Positions 46,097 through 55,529 of a stretch of DNA of 64,000 bases are shown one piece after another. Each line of letters opens with the position of its first letter. Position 1 is the stretch's first letter. The stretch is from Clostridiaceae bacterium (lineage in GTDB: Bacteria > Bacillota > Clostridia > Saccharofermentanales > DTU023), in NCBI GenBank assembly GCA_012800435.1, contig JAAZJH010000023.1:4878-68877 (forward strand). Reading direction: 5' to 3'. The translations under genes and the position numbers were made by a program. The notes below the pieces were generated by a model. The model had not been told where the DNA came from and searched no databases. It was given only the letters and a program-made list of their open reading frames with translations.

Positions 46097-48214
46097 TTAC
46101 GTTAAGATGATGCGCGCATCGACCACTTTAAGGCCCTTCCCTTGTTCATACAACATGACGGGGTTCGCGTCCGATTCTTTGATTTCATCGCGAAGATCGT
46201 ACATCATTGTCGAATAACGCGCGATGAGATCTGCCATAGCTTCTTGATCGCGCGGCGCTTCACCGCGGGCTCCCTCCAAGATGCGCGCGCCGCGGATTTG
46301 AGACTGCATCTTCAAACCTTGTGCTTTGGAAACAGGGCATACTGCGAACGTCACGTCTTTGAGCACTTCGACAAATATACCGCCAAGGCCGAACATGAGT
46401 ACGGGACCAAATGCTGGATCCGTCGTAGATCCTAGTATGACTTCCGTTCCAAAAGGCGCCATCTCTTGTACGGCAATACCGAAGATGTCGGCATTCGGAT
46501 CGTACGCCATCGCATTGTCGAGAATCTTTTTATAAGCGTCACGCACCATCTGATCGTTCTTAACGTTGACAACCACACCGCCTGCATCCGATTTGTGGAG
46601 AATGTCGGGAGACACGACTTTCATTACGATCGGGTAGCCGATGTCTTTTGCCATAGCTACAGCTTCGTCTTCCGTTTTCGCCAATGTCGTAGCTGTCACG
46701 TTAAGACCATACGCGGCAAAGACGTCTTTAGCTTCCACTTCAGTAAGCGCATCGCGACCGCTCTCGCGCGCGCCTTTAATAATGGAAAGCGCTTTTTCAT
46801 AGGCGCCGTCGTCCGCCTGCGCAATCTCTGCCATCCCGATTTTTTCTTCCTGCATCCTTGCGTAGTGACGTAAACCGCTCAATGCACTGACGGCGCGATC
46901 CGGATCGTCGTAAGCAGGAATACCGTTGTCGATCAGCCAACGCACTGCTTCGGCGCTTTTTTCTCCTCCAACGAATGCGACAGCGACGGGTTTATAGTCC
47001 ATAACGGAGCCGGCCGCTTTCACGGCATTATAGATGCCTTCAGCGATTTCCATCGGATTGGTGACGGCCGTTTCACAATACAGCACCGCTAATCCGTCTA
47101 CCCAGTCTTGTTTAAGACCGAATTCGATACTCTTCTGATAGCCTTCAAGACCTGCTTGCCCTGTGATATCAACGGGGTTTTTCGCAGATCCGAAATCGGG
47201 CATATAATTTTTCATCTCGACCTGAAGGTCATCCGGCAAGTACTTCAAAGGAATTCCATAGCGTTCAGCGGAATCTGTCGCAAGAACACCGACGCCGCCG
47301 CCGTTTGTAACAATCAGTAAATTGTCACCTTGCATGGTCGGCTGAAGTTGGAATGCCTGTGTGAGATCAAAAAGGTGATTTAAGTTTTGAGCTTCTACAA
47401 CACCTGCCTGCCGGAAAGCAGCGCCGTATACTTTCGCAGCACCCGCCAGCGAACCGGTATGTGAGGCCGCAGCGGCGGCACCATGCGCAGAAACGCCGGA
47501 TTTTAACGCGATGACCGGTTTGCTGGACTTTTGACAGACTTCCATGAAACGGCGACCATCGTTCATTCCTTCGATATAAAGCGCGATGCTGTTGGTATGA
47601 TCATCTTTATCGAGCCATTCCACGATATCGGCAAAGTTCACGTCGGCCATGTTGCCGAGAGAAAACAGTTTGTCAAATCCGACACCGCGAAGATATGTCC
47701 CCGCATCTAACGCGATCAGAAGAGCGCCCGATTGGGAAATCAATGCGCTTTTTCCGGGAAGCGGCAACATAGGCGCGAAAGATGCGTTGAGCTTTTGTGA
47801 ATTACTCAGTGTACCGAGGATATTCGGACCAAGCAATCGCATCCCGTAACGTTTGACAATTTCAACTATACGCTCCTCCGCTTCATGGTTTCCAACCTCG
47901 CTGAAACCGGACGTAATGATACTGATCCCGCCGACACCTGCTTGACCGCAAGCCTCGACCGTATCAGGAACAAATTTTGCAGGAATCGAAATGACCGCAA
48001 GATCGACCTTTTCCGGGATATCACCAATAGTCGGATAGGCTCGATGTCCAAGGATCTCCTTTTCTCTGAGATTGACGGGATAGATATTCCCTTCATATTT
48101 TCCTACGTTTAACGCGTCAACAACAGCGTATCCAATCTTACCGGGCGTGGAAGAAGCACCGATTACGGCTACTGAATTGGGCTCAAAAAGGCGATCTAAC
48201 GATTCTTTACTCAT
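46097..48214 (-). CDS. ADP-forming acetyl/acyl-CoA synthetase (fused alpha-beta; NDP-forming acyl-CoA synthetase superfamily)
   Basis: 705 aa. N-terminal CoA-binding domain SVAVIGASSTPGKIGYAV, a succinyl-CoA-synthetase-like flavodoxin domain with GSLAG, and a C-terminal ATP-grasp (GYPIVMKVVSPDILHKSDAGGVVVNV). Confidence 0.88.
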   Translation of the reverse strand: MSKESLDRLFEPNSVAVIGASSTPGKIGYAVVDALNVGKYEGNIYPVNLREKEILGHRAYPTIGDIPEKVDLAVISIPAKFVPDTVEACGQAGVGGISIITSGFSEVGNHEAEERIVEIVKRYGMRLLGPNILGTLSNSQKLNASFAPMLPLPGKSALISQSGALLIALDAGTYLRGVGFDKLFSLGNMADVNFADIVEWLDKDDHTNSIALYIEGMNDGRRFMEVCQKSSKPVIALKSGVSAHGAAAAASHTGSLAGAAKVYGAAFRQAGVVEAQNLNHLFDLTQAFQLQPTMQGDNLLIVTNGGGVGVLATDSAERYGIPLKYLPDDLQVEMKNYMPDFGSAKNPVDITGQAGLEGYQKSIEFGLKQDWVDGLAVLYCETAVTNPMEIAEGIYNAVKAAGSVMDYKPVAVAFVGGEKSAEAVRWLIDNGIPAYDDPDRAVSALSGLRHYARMQEEKIGMAEIAQADDGAYEKALSIIKGARESGRDALTEVEAKDVFAAYGLNVTATTLAKTEDEAVAMAKDIGYPIVMKVVSPDILHKSDAGGVVVNVKNDQMVRDAYKKILDNAMAYDPNADIFGIAVQEMAPFGTEVILGSTTDPAFGPVLMFGLGGIFVEVLKDVTFAVCPVSKAQGLKMQSQIRGARILEGARGEAPRDQEAMADLIARYSTMMYDLRDEIKESDANPVMLYEQGKGLKVVDARIILT

Positions 48215-48548
48215 GCAATAAAACTCCTTGTAACATTAATCTTGGAAGCTAAACTTTCTTATTATTCGCTTCATTTTTAACTCATTTTTTTGTAACGCGT
48301 TGCGTTCAAAATATTAACCCTACCAACACTCTGCTCGAGACGGTTCTTCTTCAATACAACGCCGATGCTCAAACAAGAATGCCGCTAAATATGATAACAC
48401 AGATTACTCATCTCCTGAACGTTCTTCCCCAATGACTTGTCGCGACAAAATATAGAGCTGAATGCAAACTAAGCCGGACTATGAGGAGCGCGGATCGTCC
48501 GGTTTGATTTACTTTCAGCGTACGAGATACAACAACGGTAACAGAAAA

Positions 48549-49787
48549 CTATCGTCTCATTGTTAGATCAAGCTCTTCTAGGTTACCGGGATGAACAGAG
48601 GGTGCCTCTTGGGTTCCGCCAGACAGAAGAGGAAGATCTCGTAGTGCACTGCCTGTGATAACACACACCACCGAATCCATCGGTCTAATCCAGCCGCTTT
48701 TTCGCAGATTTGCCGCCGCAGCTAGTGTTACCGCACTCGCCGGTTCAGCCAAAATCGCTTCTTTAGAGGCACATAGCCGCATAGCGGCAAGGATTTCTTC
48801 GTCATTTACCGCTACAGCCGTTCCGGCTGACTCGCGAATAACGTGCAACGCGGTGATGCCTTCAAAAGTGACTGGATCATTTATGGAACCTGCGATGGTT
48901 TTTGGGTTTTCCCAAACAGAGGTAACTTTGCTGCCTTGTTCAAATGCGCGCACCACTGGGGCACAACCCGCGGCCTGAACTCCTACGAGCCGGGGCATCC
49001 GTTGTGTGAGACCAAGTGAAATGAGCTCGCGCAAGGCTCGGAAGATTTTACTGATGAGAATACCGCCTCCGATAGGGCAGAGTATTACGTCCGGCACAGT
49101 TTGACTCATTTGTTCAAACAGCTCGTACACAATGCTCTTGTAACCTTCGCTGGCAAGAGGATTGTGTAGCATAGTGGTTGAGGCATTTCTCCAATGATAG
49201 CGGGATACTCCCTGCTCAACTAGATCAATGCAATCGTTGACTTCACCTTTACATCGAATGAAGTGCGCTCCGTAGGACATGGCCTGCTGTGCGCGCGCAA
49301 ATACTCCGCCGTCAGGAAGGATCACATAGCAAGGGATGCCAGCCTTCGCAGCGTAGGCAGCCACAGAGGAGCCGGCGTTGCCTGCAGAACCCAATGCGAC
49401 GGATTTAGCACCTTCCGAGCAGAACAAGGATAGAGCAAGACTAGCAAAACGATCCTTATATGTACCGGTTGGGTTAACGGTTTCGTTTTTCAACAGTAGC
49501 GTTTTAATACCGTATACTTTTCCCAGCGTGCCAGCATGACAAAGCGGAGTGTTGCCTTCGCCCATTGAGACCGGCATTACATTTGTAAAGCCGGGAAACA
49601 TCGGACGATATCCCCATATCCCTTCCGAGCGGGAACTGCCCTTTTTAATGACTTGTATCATTGTATTCCGTCGTTTCTCAAGATCTAGGATTGGTTCAAT
49701 GGATGCACCACAGTTAGAGCAGATAAAGCGATCCTGTGAGCTATGATAAGGAGTTTTGCACACAGTGCAAACAAGTTCAACAGACAT
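48549..49787 (-). CDS. threonine-synthase-fold PLP enzyme with N-terminal zinc ribbon
   Basis: 412 aa. Zinc ribbon CTVCKTPYHSSQDRFICSNCGA, PLP-lysine motif NPTGTYKDR, and the glycine loops GSAGNAGSS and PIGGG. Threonine synthase itself versus a related beta-replacement or beta-elimination enzyme cannot be told apart by eye. Confidence 0.78.
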   Translation of the reverse strand: MSVELVCTVCKTPYHSSQDRFICSNCGASIEPILDLEKRRNTMIQVIKKGSSRSEGIWGYRPMFPGFTNVMPVSMGEGNTPLCHAGTLGKVYGIKTLLLKNETVNPTGTYKDRFASLALSLFCSEGAKSVALGSAGNAGSSVAAYAAKAGIPCYVILPDGGVFARAQQAMSYGAHFIRCKGEVNDCIDLVEQGVSRYHWRNASTTMLHNPLASEGYKSIVYELFEQMSQTVPDVILCPIGGGILISKIFRALRELISLGLTQRMPRLVGVQAAGCAPVVRAFEQGSKVTSVWENPKTIAGSINDPVTFEGITALHVIRESAGTAVAVNDEEILAAMRLCASKEAILAEPASAVTLAAAANLRKSGWIRPMDSVVCVITGSALRDLPLLSGGTQEAPSVHPGNLEELDLTMRR

Positions 49788-50072
49788 ATTGCGACCTCCC
49801 TTTGGAGTAAATTAATACCTAATCGTAGTAACTATAACAAAAATCATACAAGTAGTGATTGACTATTAAACTAACGGTTGTAAGTTCCATTTTTGTCAAT
49901 AGTCATATTGACCCTTAGCCAATACGTAGAGTACACTGCACTTGGTTTCAAATAGAGATTCCAATATCCGCATTTCTAGTGCCCCTTCTCGTAAGACTAT
50001 ATGCGGAGATATCTTTTTTTCCGCATGCTGTAGAGCTAGTCAAAAGGAATTAAAAATCACAGAGGCCAAATC

Positions 50073-51233
50073 ATGGAGATTGAAAGCAAGCAACAGATAG
50101 CATTTAACTATATCGATACACATTTTGAAGAAGCTGTTTCCCTCTGGAAGACAATAGTGGCTATGGAAAGTCCTTTCTGGGAAAAGAAAGCTGTGGACGA
50201 GGTATGCTCGTATCTAATTCAATGGTGTACACAAAATGGACTCCACGCTTGCCGACGCTATTGTGAAACTACTGGTGATGGGCTGGTCGTATCCACACAG
50301 TCCACAAACCTCTATCGCCACGGCATAGCACTGATGGCACACATAGATACCGTTCACAAAATTGGCGCGTTCGGCAGCAATCCCGTTTTAGAGAAAGATG
50401 GTTGGCTTTACGGCCCCGGTGTCGGCGACTGTAAGGGTGGTGCCGTCATGGCTCTCTACACTCTTCTGGCGCTTCGAGAATCTGGTTATACACAAAGACC
50501 GGTTAAGCTCATTCTTGTCGGAAACGAGGAGGGAGGTCGCCCGAACAACGAAAATTTTCTACCAGATGAACTTTGTGGAAGTGATGCTTTGTTCAACTGT
50601 GAAACCGGCGTGAACGGCAAGATTGTAACCTCACGAAAAGCCAGCATAGGCGCTGTCTTCACCGTCCATGGCGAGTCCGGTCATGTAGGACATCTAATCG
50701 ACACTCCTGCAAACGCTATTAGGGAAGCTGCTTACAAGATTTTGGAGTTAGAGAACCACTCAGATTACAAGGATTTCATATTCAGTTGCGGTGAAATACA
50801 GGGAGGTACCGTGTTTACCAGCGTGCCCGATAAATGCACATTTAAGGTGAACTGCCGTATACGTTCCAAAGAATCTATTCCGGTACTAGAGCAAATACTT
50901 ACTCAAGTTGCCGCTAAGTCTCACATTCCGGGTACGACTTCAAAGGTACAGCTTACCGGCAACATAGTGCCTATGGCCGCTTCTTCAAAAAACAATGCTC
51001 TGTTTGCACAATTTGACAGAGCTTCTCGGGCGTTAGGCTATGGCGCTTTTGAACCCGTTCACAGCGGCGGCGGTTCTGACGCGTCTTACGCGGTTATGTT
51101 GGACATTCCCGCTATCTGCTCTACGGGCGTGATTGCGGAAAATGCACATACGTTACGTGAACGCGCCAATATCGAGAGTCTTCGCATGCGGGCGAAAACT
51201 CACATTCTGACTATCCTGAATTTAGCTGACTGA
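50073..51233 (+). CDS. M20A metallopeptidase (carboxypeptidase G2 / glutamate carboxypeptidase-like)
   Basis: 386 aa. Metal ligand motifs HIDTVH, GPGVGDCKGG, VGNEEGG and SGGGSDAS. Confidence 0.85.
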   Translation: MEIESKQQIAFNYIDTHFEEAVSLWKTIVAMESPFWEKKAVDEVCSYLIQWCTQNGLHACRRYCETTGDGLVVSTQSTNLYRHGIALMAHIDTVHKIGAFGSNPVLEKDGWLYGPGVGDCKGGAVMALYTLLALRESGYTQRPVKLILVGNEEGGRPNNENFLPDELCGSDALFNCETGVNGKIVTSRKASIGAVFTVHGESGHVGHLIDTPANAIREAAYKILELENHSDYKDFIFSCGEIQGGTVFTSVPDKCTFKVNCRIRSKESIPVLEQILTQVAAKSHIPGTTSKVQLTGNIVPMAASSKNNALFAQFDRASRALGYGAFEPVHSGGGSDASYAVMLDIPAICSTGVIAENAHTLRERANIESLRMRAKTHILTILNLAD

Positions 51234-51349
51234 TATTCTTGCAATTCATATACGAGCACCTATTCGCAAAAACAACTAGATATGCAAAGGTGACAAATAT
51301 AATCGAAAGTGTTATGAGTCAGCAGGGCATACTGAGAATGATTCCGACT

Positions 51350-52546
51350 CTAAAAATCTAATCCGTGCATATTATCCAGCACGAACTGGACACAAACTTT
51401 ACTGCCTATAGACAAGGCATCCTCGTCGATCAAGAAATCATTGTTGTGCGGCAGCGTCACACAGCCTTTATCCTTATTACGCGTTCCAAGTCTCACAAAC
51501 GCACCCGGCTTTTCATGGATATAACAAGAAAAGTCCTCTGAACCAAGTTTGACCGGCACTTCAACGACATGATCCTTGCCGATGATCTTTTCTGCAGCTC
51601 GAACTACAGCCGCAGAAACTACCGGATCGTTAACAACGGGTAAAGCTCGAAAGCCCTCGTGCATCTCCACTCTGCCGCCCTGCTGCGCAGCTGCGTTCTC
51701 TGCTATCTGTCGGATGCGAGTGGAAAAGAATTGTTCCGTTTCCTGATCGAAAGTGCGCAACGAAATCTTCATAGTTGCATGATCGGGAATTACATTGTGC
51801 GTTGTTCCGGACTCAAGTACACCAATGGAACAAACATACTTAGTAAGGGGATTCATCTGTGTGGACATCATGTTCTGTATGGCTACGTAAGTATTGACCG
51901 CCATAGCCAGAGCATTTACGCCGGAGTGTGCCATCGTGGCATGCGCCGTCTTCCCGAAAAACTTTAATTCAATAGGCAAACAACCTGCCAGTGCCACACC
52001 GGGGCTAATACCCACACGGCCGCTTTCTATCAAGTTTTCTACATGAAGCGCGATAATGAAATCAATCTCCTTCATCAGCCCGTCTCTGACCATCAGCTCC
52101 GCGCCACTAAGCGGCCCCTCTTCGCTGGGTTGAAATATCAAAGCCACCGTGCATGCTAGTTGCTTTTCCACAGATTTGAGAGCTTTTGCAGTTCCGAGCA
52201 GCATGGCGGTGTGAGCATCATGACCACAAGCATGCATTCTACCTTCTATTTTTGACGAGAATGGCAATCCGGTTCGTTCAGTCAGCGGCAATGCATCCAT
52301 ATCCGCACGTAAACCTATAGTTACTCCACAATAACCTCTGTTGATATAGGCGACAATCGCACTTCTTCCATATTCTTCAGTAAAAGTTACCTCTAAGTCC
52401 GTCAGTTCCCGGCGTACAACATCAAGGGTGTTGGGAAGATCGAACCCTACCTCCGGATGCTCATGGAACTCGCGCCGAAGGGATATAATATACGCCTGAT
52501 CCACCGCTTCCAGTGCCTTCTGTGTATAATCCAAAGTCGTTTCCAT
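51350..52546 (-). CDS. M20D amidohydrolase (N-acyl-L-amino acid amidohydrolase / hippurate hydrolase family), paralog A
   Basis: 398 aa. FHEHPEVGF, RADMDALP, MHACGHDAHTAMLLG, FQPSEEG, FFGKTAHA. Confidence 0.88.
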   Translation of the reverse strand: METTLDYTQKALEAVDQAYIISLRREFHEHPEVGFDLPNTLDVVRRELTDLEVTFTEEYGRSAIVAYINRGYCGVTIGLRADMDALPLTERTGLPFSSKIEGRMHACGHDAHTAMLLGTAKALKSVEKQLACTVALIFQPSEEGPLSGAELMVRDGLMKEIDFIIALHVENLIESGRVGISPGVALAGCLPIELKFFGKTAHATMAHSGVNALAMAVNTYVAIQNMMSTQMNPLTKYVCSIGVLESGTTHNVIPDHATMKISLRTFDQETEQFFSTRIRQIAENAAAQQGGRVEMHEGFRALPVVNDPVVSAAVVRAAEKIIGKDHVVEVPVKLGSEDFSCYIHEKPGAFVRLGTRNKDKGCVTLPHNNDFLIDEDALSIGSKVCVQFVLDNMHGLDF

Positions 52547-52604
52547 ATTCTATTTCCGCCTCTTTTTGTATTGAATGTATTATTAGCCTGCTTCACGAAT
52601 ATGA

Positions 52605-52632
52605 ACTATACCAAACTCGGCCATTGCGATAA
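52605..52632 (-). promoter_or_regulatory. candidate promoter for M20D paralog A (TTATCG-16 nt-TATAGT)
   Basis: The minus strand reads TTATCGcaatggccgagtttggTATAGT. It lies about 60 nt upstream of ATG 52546, just downstream of the preceding terminator. Confidence 0.35.
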
Positions 52633-52671
52633 GTATCCTCTTGCCGGTAGAATAATTAGATAATATTGGGT

Positions 52672-52720
52672 TATGGAAAAGCGGCGTTTCGATCTCTTTG
52701 AATGGAGATTGGGAAACGCC
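52672..52720 (-). terminator. rho-independent terminator after M20D paralog B
   Basis: The minus strand reads GGCGTTTCccaATCTCcattcaaaGAGATcGAAACGCC followed by GCTTTTCC. Confidence 0.55.
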
Positions 52721-52856
52721 TATTGACAAGTCTTTTTTCCGTTTTCGTTGCTGTTCCACGCTAGGCAATCTCACAGGACTGTCGAAAGCCCATCAAAGTC
52801 TATATCACCATAACAGTTTTGTGAGAGAAAAGCACTTTTAAAGATCTCTGACTACG

Positions 52857-54038
52857 CTACTGTATTGCTTTTGCCAGCTTGTACATAGTATTGATTAATA
52901 GCTTTTCCCCGCCCAACAACGCGTCGTCGTCCACCATAAAATCGTTGTTATGTAAGGAAGTTTCATGCCATTTGCTCAGATTTCGTATACCGAGCCAATA
53001 ATAAACGGACGGTTTGTTTGCAGCGAACCATGAAAAATCATCTGAACTCATTTTAGGTCGAACGAGGCGAACATTATCTCCATAAATATCTTCCGCCGCC
53101 TCCTTCAGGCAATCTACTACAAAATCGTCGTTGACTACCGCAGGCGCACTCATATGCGCCTCATAGTTCACCGTCCCTCCCAGTTCCTTCGCTGCATGTT
53201 CAGCAAGCAACTTCACCCGATCCACTACAAAATCGTTAACCTGCACATCAAATGTGCGTAAAGATATCTTCATATTGGCCTTATCGCAGACCACATTATG
53301 TACGACACCGCCATTGACCGCACCGACCGAGCAAACCATATTTTCAAACGGATCAATCTCTCGGGAGAGCATGAGTTGAATCCCGGAATATGTCTTAAAC
53401 ATCATGGCGATAGCATCATGACCCTTGTGAGGAATTGTAGCGTGTGCCGTTTTGCCGTGGAAAGTAATGTCGATGGGAGTGCAAGCGCTACATACCGTAC
53501 CATATGCGTAACCCACACATCCGCTGTCAAGCGAGCCGTCCACATGCTGGCAGAGCACATAGTCCACATCATCTAGCACACCATTTTCGAACATTAACCT
53601 AGCGCCACTATCCGCACTCTCCTCTGCAGGCTGAAAAATCATCTTCAATCGAAAAGGCAGACTATCCTCAATGGGCTTGAGGGTTCTCGCCGCACCAAGC
53701 AGCATCGCCATATGCGCATCATGGCCACATGCATGCATGAAACCCGCCTTTTCCGAAGCATAGTCCAGCCCTGTTTTTTCCTCGACAGGTAGCCCATCCA
53801 TGTCAGCACGAACAGCAATAACCGGTACATCTGTTCTAGTTCCTACATACCCTACAACGCTGTATTTACAGTATTTTTGAGTGTGCACAATTCCTAATTC
53901 ATCTAGAAATCGTTCGATAAGTGAGCAAGTTTCCGGTACTTCAAATCCCACTTCCGGACAGCGATGCAATGTCCTGCGGCAGTTAATCAAATAATCAATA
54001 CGCGTCTGCGTATCGTCAGCAATAGTATTTTTCGTCAT
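52857..54038 (-). CDS. M20D amidohydrolase, paralog B
   Basis: 393 aa. LHRCPEVGF, RADMDGLP, MHACGHDAHMAMLLG, FQPAEES, FHGKTAHA. Confidence 0.88.
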   Translation of the reverse strand: MTKNTIADDTQTRIDYLINCRRTLHRCPEVGFEVPETCSLIERFLDELGIVHTQKYCKYSVVGYVGTRTDVPVIAVRADMDGLPVEEKTGLDYASEKAGFMHACGHDAHMAMLLGAARTLKPIEDSLPFRLKMIFQPAEESADSGARLMFENGVLDDVDYVLCQHVDGSLDSGCVGYAYGTVCSACTPIDITFHGKTAHATIPHKGHDAIAMMFKTYSGIQLMLSREIDPFENMVCSVGAVNGGVVHNVVCDKANMKISLRTFDVQVNDFVVDRVKLLAEHAAKELGGTVNYEAHMSAPAVVNDDFVVDCLKEAAEDIYGDNVRLVRPKMSSDDFSWFAANKPSVYYWLGIRNLSKWHETSLHNNDFMVDDDALLGGEKLLINTMYKLAKAIQ

Positions 54039-54042
54039 AATG

Positions 54043-54498
54043 TTAAATTTCGAAAATAAATTCGATCTCCACAGTTATATTTCCGGGTAACTCATTAACA
54101 CCGATAGCGGAACGCGCACCAATGCCTTCATCACCCATCAACTGCGCTAAGAAATTAGAGCAACCGTCAATGACCTTGGGTTGCATGTTAAATCCGGGCG
54201 CACTGGCCACAAATCCTAGTGTCTTGACTAATCCTTTGAGTTTGTTCAGATCACCTAAATAATTATTCAAAGTGGATAGAGCGTTGAGCGCGCACAGCCT
54301 CGCAGCGTCCTGTGCTTGCTCCAACGTCGACTCGCCTCCCACCTTTCCGGTAAACTCAGGTACACCGCGCACCGTCGGGCCCTGCCCGGACACATACAGT
54401 AAATTTCCAACCCGCCTAACCGGTTTGTATATTCCGCCCCTTGGTGGCAATTCCGGAAGAGCGTAACCCAATTCATTTAGCTTAGCATAGATATCCAT
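54043..54498 (-). CDS. RidA/YjgF/UK114 family protein
   Basis: 151 aa. LYVSGQGP and C-terminal ARSAIGVNELPGNITVEIEFIFE fit the RidA-family fold signature. Confidence 0.82.
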   Translation of the reverse strand: MDIYAKLNELGYALPELPPRGGIYKPVRRVGNLLYVSGQGPTVRGVPEFTGKVGGESTLEQAQDAARLCALNALSTLNNYLGDLNKLKGLVKTLGFVASAPGFNMQPKVIDGCSNFLAQLMGDEGIGARSAIGVNELPGNITVEIEFIFEI

Positions 54499-54545
54499 AT
54501 CATTTTCTCCTATTTTGACAAAACCCTCTGCTATATTTGTGTCTA

Positions 54546-55529
54546 TTAGAACTCAGACAGCAGATGGCAAGCGCAACTGTGGTTGGGAGCAATCTCGGTT
54601 AGAGGCGGCTCCTGTTCAGAGCAGATGGGCTTGGCATAAATGCAACGAGTGTGAAATCGGCAGCCCGAAGGAGGGTTCAGCGGGCTTGGTACATCACCCT
54701 CAATAGGCTCCTCTTGCTTTTCATAGTACGGATCCGGAATCGGGATGGCAGAAAATAACGCTTTAGTGTACGGATGCGTTGGCTTTGCGAATATCTCCCT
54801 CGTAGAGCCAGTTTCGACTAGTTTGCCCAAGTACATCACTGCCGTTTGATCGCAAAGGAACTTAACGATGCGTAGGTCGTGGGTAATAAACAGATACGTT
54901 AAGGAATATTGTTGTTGTAAATCGCGCAACAGATTGATGATCTGCGCCTGAATAGACACATCCAACGCGGAAATAGGCTCATCGCATATAATAAACTGCG
55001 GATTGGTAATGAGCGCACGAGCAATACCGATACGCTGTCGCTGACCGCCGGAGAACTCATGAGCATATTTATTGCCGCTATCCTCACTGAGCCCGACGAT
55101 ACGTAGAATGTCGTTCACCATCTCTTTGCGTTGTGCGGAAGTACCAATGTTGTGTGTATCCAGCGGCTCCGCAACGATTTTGCGTACCTGCCAACGAGGA
55201 TTGAGTGAGCTATAGGGATCTTGGAAAATCATCTGTATATCGCGACGCATGACACGCATTTCACTCTCCGACATCGCGAACAAATCCTCATCGTTAAAAA
55301 ATGCCTTGCCGTCGGTGGCAGTAATGAGCCTTAACAGCAGTCTCGCCACTGTGGATTTTCCGCAACCACTTTCTCCTACCAACGCGAATGTGCTTCCTCG
55401 ATTGATCGTAAAACTAACATCGTCAACAGCCTTGATTTGATCCTTGGCACGTGAGATCACATGTCTTTGGGCGTCAAAGTATTTGCGCAGGTGCTCTACA
55501 CGCAGAATTGGTTGGTTGTTCACTTCCAT
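54546..55529 (-). CDS. peptide ABC transporter ATP-binding protein (OppF/DppF type)
   Basis: 327 aa. Walker A GESGCGKST, signature FSGGQRQRIGIARAL, Walker B FIICDEPISALD. The C-terminal Cys-containing oligopeptide-type extension is present. Confidence 0.9.
   Translation of the reverse strand: MEVNNQPILRVEHLRKYFDAQRHVISRAKDQIKAVDDVSFTINRGSTFALVGESGCGKSTVARLLLRLITATDGKAFFNDEDLFAMSESEMRVMRRDIQMIFQDPYSSLNPRWQVRKIVAEPLDTHNIGTSAQRKEMVNDILRIVGLSEDSGNKYAHEFSGGQRQRIGIARALITNPQFIICDEPISALDVSIQAQIINLLRDLQQQYSLTYLFITHDLRIVKFLCDQTAVMYLGKLVETGSTREIFAKPTHPYTKALFSAIPIPDPYYEKQEEPIEGDVPSPLNPPSGCRFHTRCIYAKPICSEQEPPLTEIAPNHSCACHLLSEF

Noticed and set aside
43979-48214. An integrated mobile element or genomic island at the tRNA-Lys 3' end.
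   Set aside because: There is no integrase, transposase or phage gene, and I could not find a direct repeat of the tRNA 3' end downstream. The content switch is real, but mobility is unsupported.
52583-52774. A 63-aa minus-strand ORF in the spacer between the two M20D genes.
   Set aside because: It spans the terminator hairpin and the promoter elements. It has no RBS and no recognisable motif.
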